Shown here one piece after another: positions 19,558-30,700 of a stretch of DNA of 64,000 nt (position 1 is its first letter; each line of letters begins with the position of its first letter). A program made the translations under genes and the position numbers. The stretch is taken from sequence record MK250029.1. One strand, written 5' to 3'. A model generated the notes under the pieces. The model was not told the DNA's origin. It saw nothing but the letters and a program-made list of their open reading frames with translations, and did not search any database.

Positions 19558-21174
19558 TTGGATATATTAAAGAAGAAAACTTCTTTTTTAGATGAACATA
19601 ATCCTTCTAATCCAGAACGTGTATATTGCTGGTATAATAATATAACAGAAATTCAGAAATGTCCTCATTGTGGAAAATCCAGAAAATTTCATAAATTTAC
19701 ATATGGATATTTTCCTACATGTGGTTCAAAAGAATGTCGTGCAAAATCCGTTGTATATGGAAATAAGTTTAATCATAATTTTGTAGAAATACAAAAGAAA
19801 ATGAGAGAAACATATGCAAAAAACCATAATGGTTATACGCATAATATGCAAGATCCAGAATTTAAAAAGAAGTTTTTTGATGAGTTTAAAAAGAAACATA
19901 ATGGTATATCATGTGGTGTTCAGACTGATTTAGCAAAACAAAACAGAGAGAACACAACATTAGAAAAATATGGTTGTAAATATGCTTTATCATCTAAAGA
20001 TGTAAGAGATAAAATATATGAAAAATATGGTGATGATGCAAAAATTAAATTTGCAAAAATCGCTACTGATACACGGAAAGAAAATACATTAAATGACATT
20101 ATTAAAAAGATTGAAGAATTAAATTATACATATATTTCAAATAATAATAATTTATTTAAAATTAAATGTAATAAATGTGGACATATAAATGAAATTACAA
20201 GACAAGCAATAAACTATTACTATAGGAATAGTAATCATATATATTGTAATAAGTGTGAATATAAAGAATTAACATATAGGAGTAATTTTGAAAAAGATGT
20301 TGTTAAAGAAATAGGAAATATTATAAAAGAAACTAACTATTCTATTATAACAAATAAACATATTTATAATGGTAAAGAACATTTTGAAGTTGATATATTG
20401 ATTCCTGAGTTAAATTTAGCAATAGACTGNNNNNNNNNNNNNNNNNNNNNNNNNNNNNNNNNNNNNNNNNNNNNNNNNNNNNNNNNNNNNNNNNNNNNNN
20501 NNNNNNNNNNNNNNNNNNNNNNNNNNNNNNNNNNNNNNNNNNNNNNNNATGATATTTATAAGAAAGACATTATATTAAGTCGTTTATCTAGTAAATTAAA
20601 ATTAAATAAACATATATATGCAAGAAAATGTTTAATTAAAGAATTGACTCCTAAATTATATAGGGATTTCTGTAATGAAAATCATTTACATGGATCTGTT
20701 AATGCTTCAATAAAAGTAGGATTATTTTTTAATGATGAGTTAGTTGAAATAATAGGTTTAGGTAAATCTCGTAAATTAATTGGTAATAATAAAGAAGAAG
20801 TTTCATATGAATTATTACGTTTATGTACAAAGAAATATATTAACGTTATAGGTGGTTTTTCTAAATTAATGAATTATGTTATTAATAAATTTAATATAAA
20901 TTCAATATATAGTTATGCAGATTTATCTTGGATAGATTTAAAAGGAACATCATACATTAATAGTGGATTTTATATAGATAAAGTTATTGATAATGAATAT
21001 TGGTGGGTTGTAAACAATATACGAGAGAATCGATTGAATTATACAAAGAGTAAATTGGTATCATTAGGGTATGATAAGCATTTAACAGAAATTGAAATAA
21101 TGCATTCTTTAAAGTATTATAGAATATTTGGTCCTGGAAATTTAAAATTTATATATAAAAAGAAAAGTCTCTAA
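19558..21174 (+). CDS. Hef-like homing endonuclease (zinc ribbon + PD-(D/E)xK-like nuclease + GNAT-like C-terminal domain); start uncertain, contains assembly gap
   Basis: KCPHCG...TCGSKEC, T-LEKYG repeat, EVDILIPELNLAID, YARKCLIKE...NHLHG...YELLRLC...GGFSKL. TTG start is provisional. Confidence 0.7.
   Translation: MDILKKKTSFLDEHNPSNPERVYCWYNNITEIQKCPHCGKSRKFHKFTYGYFPTCGSKECRAKSVVYGNKFNHNFVEIQKKMRETYAKNHNGYTHNMQDPEFKKKFFDEFKKKHNGISCGVQTDLAKQNRENTTLEKYGCKYALSSKDVRDKIYEKYGDDAKIKFAKIATDTRKENTLNDIIKKIEELNYTYISNNNNLFKIKCNKCGHINEITRQAINYYYRNSNHIYCNKCEYKELTYRSNFEKDVVKEIGNIIKETNYSIITNKHIYNGKEHFEVDILIPELNLAIDXXXXXXXXXXXXXXXXXXXXXXXXXXXXXXXXXXXXXXXXXDIYKKDIILSRLSSKLKLNKHIYARKCLIKELTPKLYRDFCNENHLHGSVNASIKVGLFFNDELVEIIGLGKSRKLIGNNKEEVSYELLRLCTKKYINVIGGFSKLMNYVINKFNINSIYSYADLSWIDLKGTSYINSGFYIDKVIDNEYWWVVNNIRENRLNYTKSKLVSLGYDKHLTEIEIMHSLKYYRIFGPGNLKFIYKKKSL
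20430..20548. other. assembly gap (119 N)
   Basis: Run of N inside the endonuclease gene, right after the LAID motif. Confidence 0.98.
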
Positions 21175-21194
21175 GAAATAAATCTTAGAGACTT
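21165..21194. terminator. bidirectional terminator between endonuclease and capsid gene
   Basis: aagtctctaaga / tcttagagactt 12-bp stem. Confidence 0.7.
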
Positions 21195-21223
21195 TATTAT
21201 ATAATATTGTTTTGATAAAATTA

Positions 21224-23212
21224 TCAAAGTCCAGCAACGTCAACACAGAATGTAATATACTGAGTTTCAGGATAGAAACCTGCATCAACAAGAGCATATC
21301 TTGATTTTATCATCAACTTAGGGGACATTGTACCCTCTGCGATAATCTGTACAGACTCAGCCATTACGTATGGACAGAAATGAACACCTGGCTCATCTTT
21401 ACCACCCTTACGACCAACAAGTACACGGTTATCAGAACCACCCATAAGAGGATCTACATAGATTGTCAAACCGAACATTCCACCGATAGGATAAAGTGAA
21501 CCACCATTCTGTGAAATTGTGTTAGCAACAGGAGAGAATGTATAGTTAGCATTACTCTGAAGAAGAGTTGCAATTGTAATGTTAGTTACTGCGAATGTAG
21601 CTGCACCATAACGACCTCTCTGAAGAATCCAGTTAGAAGCTGCAAGGAAGTTAACTGCTAATCTCTTAAGAAGAGTATCACGGTTTTCGAAAGCAGCACC
21701 AGAAGGAATATACATTGGTTTGTAAGGAAGTGCAACGTTTACATAGCTCTTATAAGCAACACCAGTAGGATCATTCTATTCTGACTGAGGAATTGCAAGA
21801 GCAGGAGTCATACGAACACCAGAAGTTGCAGTATAAGATGGGTCAAAACTCAAGTTCAAGTTAGCTGCAGGACCTTCAACCTCAACGAGCTTGTAGTGGT
21901 TCTTCCAACCAAGAGCGAACAAACGAGATGTGATATGACGGTTAATAGTTGCAGAAAGCTCATTGATACCAGCATTTTCTACCATCTTAATAACATCAAT
22001 ACCCCACTGTTTCTGAAGGTCTGTTACCTGTTCCTGAGTTACAGCGCAACCAACCATGATTGTACCAACCTGTACATGCTTTGTAAACAACTGAAGTGAA
22101 AGTTGACGAGCCATTGTCTGCTCACCAGTACCACGACTCATTGGTTCATAAAGTGTAGTACCATCCTGATATGTACCATACCATGCATCACGATCACGTT
22201 CACCAGCACCAGTGAATCCCTGGATCTGATCCTCAAGCATTGAGATAAGACGAGGAGCGTGAAGTGTAAGAACTACATTTACTTCTTCAGCAGAACCTAC
22301 AGGAGTATAAACTGCTTCAAAATCAAGTGCACCACCGTTGAAATATGCACCGAGTGACTGTGAACCAGAAACAACCTTGAACATAGGATCACCATCAATA
22401 CGAGACCAACCAACGAACTCAACAACAAGTTTGGCTGCATTATGAGCATCATCATCAAGTGCATCCATCTTTGATACAAGAGTTGTACCAGCAGGCATTG
22501 CAGAAGCGCCCTTTAACATACGCTTAATCTGTGCAGGAGAAAGCTTAACAGCAGCAGATGAATCAGTTGTAGAACCATCAACAATTGTAGCCTCACCAGG
22601 AGCGATAGAAGCCTTGAATGCATGAGGAAGACCATACATCTCAAAAGGAGCATTTGACTGTGAATTTGCCATAGGATTCTGAGTTTTAGCAGAATATGCA
22701 GGTGTAGCACCAAATGGCTGCTTTGAACCAGAATATACATAATCCATATAAGGAAGAACACCAGTAGGACCGTCAAGTGGAGTTGTATTTACAAGCTCGA
22801 AACCGATAGTCTTAGCAGCAACCTTAAGAGCAAGAGGTAACAAAGTAGGATACTTATCACCAGAACCAAGGTTCTTATTATCTGCGTAGTCAGCACCAGT
22901 TAAAGCAGGTTTGCCAGCAGGAACTGGATCACCAACACCAAGTGTGTTATAAAGGTTATTATATGGTTGATATGTTCCACCGAACTGTGAATATGCATTA
23001 GATGGCATTACAAATGCATCCTCATTCAACTTAGCTGTATTATGTGCAAGCTGAGACATCCAAGCAAGTTTATCAGCATCTTCAACACCTGTAATCTTCT
23101 TAATAGTAGGTGCCCATGATTCGTAGATAGCTTTGTCGCTATTCTTAGCAGTTGCACGATTTACATATGATTCGTAAGCCTATGCAACAGACTTATTACT
23201 TTTGATTTTCAT
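21224..23212 (-). CDS. gp23: major capsid protein, T4 gp23-like (662 aa, code 15)
   Basis: ATG 23212 through TAG at codon 11 and at 21776. Motifs PLDGPTGVLPYM, QVTDLQKQWGID..LSATINRHI, GVHFCPYV, PKLMIKSRYALV. Confidence 0.92.
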
Positions 23213-23266
23213 ATTAAAATTTTGTTTATTAATTTTTTGTTAAATTTTATATTGAATTTCTTAAAA

Positions 23267-23274
23267 TATTTATC
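23267..23274 (-). promoter_or_regulatory. late-promoter-like GATAAATA upstream of the capsid gene
   Basis: Octamer ~55 nt upstream of the ATG. Further TAAATA copies occur in the 23213-23617 gap. Confidence 0.5.
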
Positions 23275-23617
23275 TAAGTTATTTTTATAAAAAATTTGAT
23301 TTAAAACTTATGTTTAAATATTTATTCAATATAATAAAGGTAAATATTTGAATTTACCTGTGTAATTGTTAACTCAGATTACTAAATCAAATTATTTACA
23401 TAACGAAATCACTATATTAAACGTTTGATTTCCATATAATTACACTTTTTTATTTATAAGTATATCTTATTAAAATCTAGTCTTTAAATATAACCATTTT
23501 AATTTATTATGGTTAATTCAGTAGAATTAATTACAATAATTAATTTATTAAGTATTCTGTTGTATATATGTTATTTATCTAATTATTTATCTATATTAAA
23601 ATAATTAAAAAAGAAAT

Positions 23618-23893
23618 TTACTTAGAAATTGTATCGTTTTTTGCAAATGATCTATCTTGTTGAACTTTTACATAAGCATCATAAAAACTAATAGTATCGC
23701 TTGCAAATTTAGTATTTAGTTTTTCATGTATATCTTTTACTTCTACACGAATATCTTCTATTGATTCTCGCATAGCAGGTTTAGTTACACAAATATCCCA
23801 TATAATAGAACCAATCACGAATAAAATTATCAATATAGAACCTATGCAACTAAATGAATTATAACATTTTTGTGTCTAATTAGTATCAATCAT
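23618..23893 (-). CDS. small membrane protein (91 aa, code 15)
   Basis: ATG 23893, single TAG at codon 6, one TM segment followed by a short coiled coil. Confidence 0.7.
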
Positions 23894-23949
23894 TTTTCAT
23901 TAAAGAGATTTAATTTTAATTTATTATTTCCACTGTATTAACTCTTTAA

Positions 23950-24480
23950 TTATTTATCTTTAAATTCTAATGAATCTGCAACTTCAATTTTTTTATATTT
24001 TGCACTATTATTACAACGATCCATAGCTCTCTTATATTTTTCGCCAAAGAAATGATATGTATATTCATTGCGTTCTTTTATTGCTTTAATATCTAATAAC
24101 ATCGGATCTGTTGGATGATACTAAGAAACAAATCGATAAACCAAATCAAGTTCTAATTGCATAGTTTGATATGCATGTCGATTAATTTCTTCCTCTATAT
24201 TTATCACCTCTAAAAGATAGTAAATATCATCTGCATAATCATCTTTATCTACTGCATCTTCAACTACAACTTTTACATTTTTTACTTCTGTTCTTAATTC
24301 CTATATTTCATTTGTATATATCTTAGAATAACTAAAATATATTACACCCAGTAAAATGACGATACCCAGTAAATTTCTTAAAGCTTTTGGAATCTTAAAC
24401 AACTAATCAATAAACTCTTTAATTGCTTCCTGGTCTCCAACTTTTTTGAAAAAATAGGAAAGAATCTAAAATATATACAT
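23950..24480 (-). CDS. membrane-anchored coiled-coil protein (176 aa, code 15)
   Basis: Missing from the ORF track. ATG 24480 to TAA 23950 through TAGs, TM segment LLGIVILLGVIYFSY. Confidence 0.7.
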
Positions 24481-24538
24481 TTTTAATTTATTTAATTATG
24501 TTATTTTAATATTTATCAAAAATATATACATAAGAAAA

Positions 24539-24572
24539 AAAGGTTAAGATCTTAAAAGAGATCTTAACCTTT
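24539..24572 (-). terminator. terminator hairpin
   Basis: aaaggttaagatct / agatcttaaccttt 14-bp stem. Confidence 0.7.
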
Positions 24573-24580
24573 ACTATATT

Positions 24581-25459
24581 TTATCTATAATTATTTCGAC
24601 CTTTATAATAACCAATATTTTTATAAAATTCTATTTTACTATCATCTATTAATACATTATCTACTCCATTTGTATACCAATGCATTCCATTTGTTGTTTT
24701 ATATTGTTTCCCCTACTTTGCTTTTAAAGAATTATCTATTGATTTCTATGAAGGACCTTTTATATATCCCTATATTAAATACTAATCTAATTCATTTGGA
24801 TCAATATATTTATTTTTATTATCTTTATGTATACAAATTTTTCCTTTTTTGCTATTTTTTATTTTCTCACAAATGTCTTCAGAACGTTTAATACCATAAT
24901 AAGGAGAATCCTCTCCTGATAATTTTCCTTTCATTATATTTCTCATATGCTATTTATATTCTTCAGTATGGTGTTTACCATATCGATTATTACGTTCACC
25001 TGCATTTATATGTTCAACTTCTCCATTTATATATCTTTCATCATCTTTAGAGCAAATAAATATTTCATTTGTTTTAGGATCTATTACAACTACATGATTA
25101 TTTAATGGTGCATTACCACCTAAACAAAGATTATAATTATTATTATCTTTTATAAAGTCCTCAGTAACTAATTCTGATTCTTTACTTAATAATTCAGTTC
25201 TATCATTAAAAAACTATAATATGTATTTTATAAAATTATTATCTCCATATTTTTCATATGCTTCATTTAATGCTAATCCTGAACCTGAATAATTATCATT
25301 AATATTTTTTGTAGAATGAATACCTATATAAATTTTATTATTTACTTTATTATATATTTTATATAAATAATGGTAAAAATTATCATTTCCTACAAAAACA
25401 TTATTTGTCTAATATATTGTTTCTAATTTTCTAAATCGGTATTTTCTATAATCTTTCAT
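24581..25459 (-). CDS. GIY-YIG (Seg-like) homing endonuclease with NUMOD3-type repeats (292 aa, code 15)
   Basis: Missing from the track. YLYKIYNKVNNKIYIGIHSTKNINDNYSGSG, YNLCLGG, RYGKHHTEEYK, PYYGIKRSEDICEKIKNSKKG. Confidence 0.85.
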
Positions 25460-25470
25460 ATAATATTAAA

Positions 25471-25504
25471 AATAGTTATTATAACACCGGTTATAATAAC
25501 TATT
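25471..25504 (-). terminator. terminator hairpin
   Basis: aatagttattataac / gttataataactatt 15-bp stem just after the DUF2828 gene. Confidence 0.65.
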
Positions 25505-25510
25505 AATTTT

Positions 25511-26872
25511 TTATTTACTTATTGCGTGTGAATACTCTTCAATAAGTGTATTCAAGAACTTCTGTCCATCAAATCCAACATTAAGGAACTTCAATAACAT
25601 TGGTGAATAACCAGACATAAAAATATTTCCATACTTATCTGTCTCTGGTGAAGTTGTATTATGTGCGTTAAAATTCCACCAGACAAGCTTTGTATGCATT
25701 CCATTCTTCTTAAAGATATTCATCATCTCATCCTTTGTTTGATTTGAACCGCTATCAAACTCCATATCTGACAATACGACAATCCAATCTGGAGCGTTCT
25801 TTGAATCAAGTTCCTTCAGCTTTGCGCATACAGCACCAAAGTCTGTATTAGAGCAATCACCTGTATACATTGATTCAAGTTCTCTCTTATACTGAGATTC
25901 CTTCTCGAGAAGTCGCTGTCTTGTAAATTCAGATGTTCTCCAATATCCATGGCGTGTATATGTATTTTCAACACCCAATTTTAACAATGCAGGTTCTGAA
26001 GAAAAACTCAAAACAGTATCTGGAGCATATGTTGAACACTTTGCAAGATAATGACCTACAGCTAAAGCCTTTCCATAACTATCATTACTATCTTGCATTG
26101 AACCAGAAGAATCTACAACAGGAATCCAACTTCCTGAAATCTTTTCAATCTTTGAAAAGAACAAATCAGGATCAATCTTATCACGATTCTTATAAATGTC
26201 ATAAACATTTGTAGTAGAAACCTTCAATTCTTGCTTACCTGAACGAACATCTTCCAAATACTTCTGAAACCTTACCTTTGTGTCTTCACCTGTTGAAAAT
26301 CTCTTAAAATACTTAATCATTGCAAGTGATGGAACCTGTGAGAAAATAATCTCTTCCGTTCTATGTCGTGACAACTTATTTTCTGTTGTATCAGACTTAA
26401 TAAAATGTCCATAAGTCTGCTTATTCATATGAAACTGCTTTGCAATCTTACGAGCAAGCATAAGATTCTTAGATGAATATCTTGGCATCCACTTCTTACA
26501 AAGTTCATTTCCTGACTTAATTTCACTATACAAAAATTCGCACATTTTTGCAAATGAAATTTCTCCCATCGATTCCCATCCAATAAACAAATCATCGAAA
26601 CGACCAGCTTTTACTACATCAGATGGTGTCACCTCTGTCAATAGCATAAGGCGACGACCAAGTTCACGTCTACCCAATCCAAAACGAGGATCTCGCATCA
26701 TCATGGCAAACAACTTTGCAGTCATAGAAGTACCAATATATGGAATTTCATCAAGATGCTTACCATAATATTCTGACATAAAGAGAATATCCAACATAGG
26801 ATTCATTGTAGTGTTATATGCATTATCACCATTCTCTGTAGTCTTCTTTGCAAAAATTTCTTCAAGTGTCAT
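25511..26872 (-). CDS. DUF2828-type Ro60/TROVE-like protein with C-terminal vWA domain (453 aa)
   Basis: TENGDNAY, RDPRFGLGRRELGR, KWMPR, VVDSSGSM (MIDAS), TDF, LSDMEFD, WWN, SGYSP. TAG-free. Confidence 0.85.
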   Translation of the reverse strand: MTLEEIFAKKTTENGDNAYNTTMNPMLDILFMSEYYGKHLDEIPYIGTSMTAKLFAMMMRDPRFGLGRRELGRRLMLLTEVTPSDVVKAGRFDDLFIGWESMGEISFAKMCEFLYSEIKSGNELCKKWMPRYSSKNLMLARKIAKQFHMNKQTYGHFIKSDTTENKLSRHRTEEIIFSQVPSLAMIKYFKRFSTGEDTKVRFQKYLEDVRSGKQELKVSTTNVYDIYKNRDKIDPDLFFSKIEKISGSWIPVVDSSGSMQDSNDSYGKALAVGHYLAKCSTYAPDTVLSFSSEPALLKLGVENTYTRHGYWRTSEFTRQRLLEKESQYKRELESMYTGDCSNTDFGAVCAKLKELDSKNAPDWIVVLSDMEFDSGSNQTKDEMMNIFKKNGMHTKLVWWNFNAHNTTSPETDKYGNIFMSGYSPMLLKFLNVGFDGQKFLNTLIEEYSHAISK

Positions 26873-27107
26873 AATCTTTTCTTTTTAAATTTTGTTATTA
26901 CAAAAGTTGTTTAAATATTAATTACCAAAAAATTATACTAAATTAAAAATTGCGGACTTAACTTTCATTTTTAATAACAAACAAGAGTCTATTTACCATA
27001 TCAAGGATTATCTTACAAATAATATATTTTCTAATTAATTTGCTGTTTTGACTCTCATGTATTTTTTATATGAACAAATATGTATTTTGTCTATCTAACG
27101 AATATTT

Positions 27108-27662
27108 TTAATTTTTATTTGCACTTGGTAAATGTCCATGTGAAATACACCATAACATTAGATCATATACAAGTGAAATAAGTTCATCACCTTCAAGTTC
27201 AGGATCTTTAAATTCATGTTTTTTTATTTTAATGTGTTTATATATACCTTTTGTATTAATAGGTTTATATAACACTTTATACATATAATCAATATCTTTA
27301 TTTTCGTCTTTTTGTTTAATTATATGTAATTTTAATGTATGATAATTTTTTGTTTCGTCTATATTAACTGCATTATATTCATTATCACAATATATAGTTG
27401 ATGGGAGTAAATCTATCATTTGTTCAAGTGTCCAACTTCTATATGATAATTTTGTATTAACTCTATAATAATTAGAAGTACCAAAATGTAAATCATTGTA
27501 TGATGTTGTACGCTGTGTCAATACTAAATCAAATTCATAACTTATATTATCAAGTGAATTAGTATGTGAAAAACACATATGAACATGTTTATATGATGGA
27601 GAATATCCGCCATATACATCATTTATTTTCTTTTGCTCACTTTCTGTTAACCACGTTCTCAT
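27108..27662 (-). CDS. hypothetical protein (184 aa)
   Basis: Start moved to MRTWL (27662) because the track ATG at 27692 lies inside a terminator hairpin. Confidence 0.7.
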   Translation of the reverse strand: MRTWLTESEQKKINDVYGGYSPSYKHVHMCFSHTNSLDNISYEFDLVLTQRTTSYNDLHFGTSNYYRVNTKLSYRSWTLEQMIDLLPSTIYCDNEYNAVNIDETKNYHTLKLHIIKQKDENKDIDYMYKVLYKPINTKGIYKHIKIKKHEFKDPELEGDELISLVYDLMLWCISHGHLPSANKN

Positions 27663-27677
27663 ATTATTATAATTAAA

Positions 27678-27716
27678 AAAGAGTAGATACATATTGTTTT
27701 TATGTACCTACTCTTT
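27678..27716 (-). terminator. terminator hairpin
   Basis: aaagagtag-a-tacata / tatgta-c-ctactcttt imperfect stem. Confidence 0.6.
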
Positions 27717-27752
27717 ATCATATATATTAAATATTAAAAAGTCTAATTAGAA

Positions 27753-30700
27753 TTAAACTAAAATACGAATTGCATGTTTTGGTAATTGTGTTACTTTACC
27801 TGCAACTGTACAATCTACAAGGTCTGTATCATCTGTAGTATCTACATATGACTTAGGATTTACTTTAATCTTACGTAATGGTTCATCATTTTCAGAAGCA
27901 ATTACAGCAGGAATCCAATCTTCAACATCAATGTCTATATTGTCTTTATGCCATGTTTCTTCTTTATCACCTACATAAACTCTTACGTCATCTACACCTT
28001 CTAGAATATCTTTAAGATTTGCTTTAAATCTTTCACCATTCAATGTATTTTTCAAAACCATTGAATCTACTACAATATTACATTCAACTGTTTTTCCATT
28101 TAAATCCGCCATTTTTTCAGCTTTAGGATTTTCTGGTGTTTTATTTAAATTATTCTTATCGAATTCAAATTGATCTGGTGTATTGTCAATATCCTTAAAT
28201 TGTGAAGGATCTGGTTTAATATCCTTTGAAGTTACATCAATTGTTTTACCATTCTTTGTAATTTTCAAATTTTGTTTATCCCCAGTTTCTTCATCTACTG
28301 CAAATACAGTCCAAGGTTCATTTTTATAAAGAACTTTATCGTTTACTTCATATTCAATAACAGCACCTTCTTCTAAGAAAGGATTTTTATTATGTTCAGT
28401 AACAAGATTTACATTAGGAAGTTTTGGTTTTACTGCTTCATTTTCATCCTGTTGTGGATCTAATGCACCGACTAAACCATCCTTCTTTTGTTTATCTTCA
28501 ATTTCCTATTTAAAATCATTTTCTTCTTTTGTTCCATATTTAGCGTCATTCGCTACTTTAGAATTATCAATATCATTATCGGAATCGACTTTTGTAGAAC
28601 GTTTAATCTTACAATTTTCAGTTATATACTTATTATTACTATCATAAGATCTTCCTGTTAATGCACTGAATATAGAAGATATGATAAACATACAATCATC
28701 ACTATCTGTTATGTTATAAGATGTAAGTTGTTCACCTTTATCTGCATAATCGACTTTTAATGATTCTATTGTTTGTCCAGGAACTTCATCTTTGAAATCT
28801 TCAATTATTTGATAAAATTCTTTTGCATCGCGGTAATAAATATCTGCACCAATTTGATAAATTGCATATGATTCTGAATCACCAGATTCATAATTATCAG
28901 AAATAATAAAATACTTTACTGTATCAGAATCATGTCCTTCTGTTGCTAAATCAGTAACTATAACATTATTTCCGTCTTCATTTGCTTTTTCAGCAGATTT
29001 TATTGCCTTTACCTGCATTTTACTTAATGTATCATAATCTGTTTCTTCATTATAATCTTCTATTGGATTATTACCAGTAGAATCGGATGTAGAAATCTCG
29101 TTTGTGGTACTTCCATCAATTATCTCTTCTGTAAGAGGAGTACCTTTCTAATCCTTTGATTTAGAAGCCTTGATGGTAGCTTCATTTAAGAAAAAACTTT
29201 TACCTGCCTTATTTTTAAATACAGGAGTAATCTTAATAGACTTATGTTCTTTAAGTGGTTTCTTTGCCTTAACCTCTTTTGATTCTGGAATTTCTGTTCC
29301 GTCTGCAGAAGGTGCTGGTAATTCAATTTCTGTATTTCCTGATTTATATGTAGGAATAATTACAGTTTCTTTATCATCTGAATCATCATCATCCTCATCT
29401 GAATCATCATCATTATCCTCTTCATCATCAGTTATATCAGACATTTTAAAACCGAACATATCATCGTCAGAATCATTATCTGAATTATCATCATCGTCAT
29501 CATCTGATAACTTTGTTAATGGGAAATCCCAATCATCGTCGTCATCATCAGAATCTAATTTCTGAGAATATTCTTCACGATCTTCATCATTTCCATCTCT
29601 TAAATATGCGGCTTCCCAATCATCATCGTCATCATCATCTGCAAGTTGTGCAGCAACAGTTGGACCTACTTCTTCATTTGCAGGTTCAGCAGTTTCGCAA
29701 ACATCACTATAATCAGGATGATTCTTAATTGCATCAATAACAGCGGCATAAAGTTCATTTGTCATAGGTTCGTTATCAAGAATAGGATTATTATCATCAT
29801 CCAAGTAGAACTCAATTGTCTTGTTCTCCACATACTTCTTACCTGTGCCATCAATCATAGGAACAATTACAATAACAGAACCTGATTTTTCTTTCTTACC
29901 ATCCTTAACATTCTCATCAAACATTACATCTGCAATTTTATATGAAAATTTAGGTTGATATGTTTCTTCTTTCTCATCTTCAACTGTTTTAGGTGTATTA
30001 GCTGGAATATCTTCAATTTCAGAATTTGTTCCAAGTGGATCTTCTGTATCACCACCAAATACATCTGTTGCTTCATCACCAGGTTCAGCAGTTTCATCAT
30101 CATCTGAATTATCACCCATATCAACAGTTGTCATTGAATTATATGTATCTTCATCATTATCTTCTGATGCAGTTTCTTCATCATCATCAGAATTTCCAAA
30201 TTCATCTTCATCATCTGTTTCTGTTTCATCAGAATCTTCTGGTTCAAATATATCTTCATCGTTATCAGTAGATTCTGAATCATCAGAATCATCATCGAAA
30301 TTAACTTCTTTAAATGCTTCTTCATCATCTTCATCAGAATCTTCGTCAGAACCAAATACATCATCTGAATCATAGTCATCATCTGAATCTTCAAAATCAG
30401 TTTCATCATCATCTGCATCATCATCTGCATCAATTGCATTAGCTGCTGCATCATCAAATCCGGTACCTTCAGAATCTTCATCATCATCTGAATCATCATC
30501 TGAATCATCATCTGAATCACTACCAAGGAATTTTGCAAATTCATCATCAGTAACACCTTCATCTGACTCTTCATCATCAAAATTATCGGTTGCTTCAGAA
30601 TCACCGTCTTCACCACTTAATGGTTGTGAAAGTTCATCTTTTGATGCATCAACTTCTTCATCAGACATTGGTTCATTTGGATTTTCCTTTGTTACTGTAC

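Noticed and set aside
20430-20548. Conclusions about the catalytic residues or intactness of the Hef-like nuclease
   Set aside because: The expected active-site continuation falls in the 119-N gap, and the in-frame gap length is an assembly estimate
23213-23617. 400-nt non-coding gap upstream of the capsid gene as an ncRNA locus
   Set aside because: Contains several TAAATA promoter-like motifs and only weak hairpins, so it is adequately explained as a strong late promoter region
30481-30519. 12-bp tandem repeats (tcatcatctgaa x3; similar at about 49715) and the DEYGDDYID duplication near 51060-51160 as CRISPR or regulatory arrays
   Set aside because: In-frame low-complexity repeats inside acidic proteins, with no unique spacers
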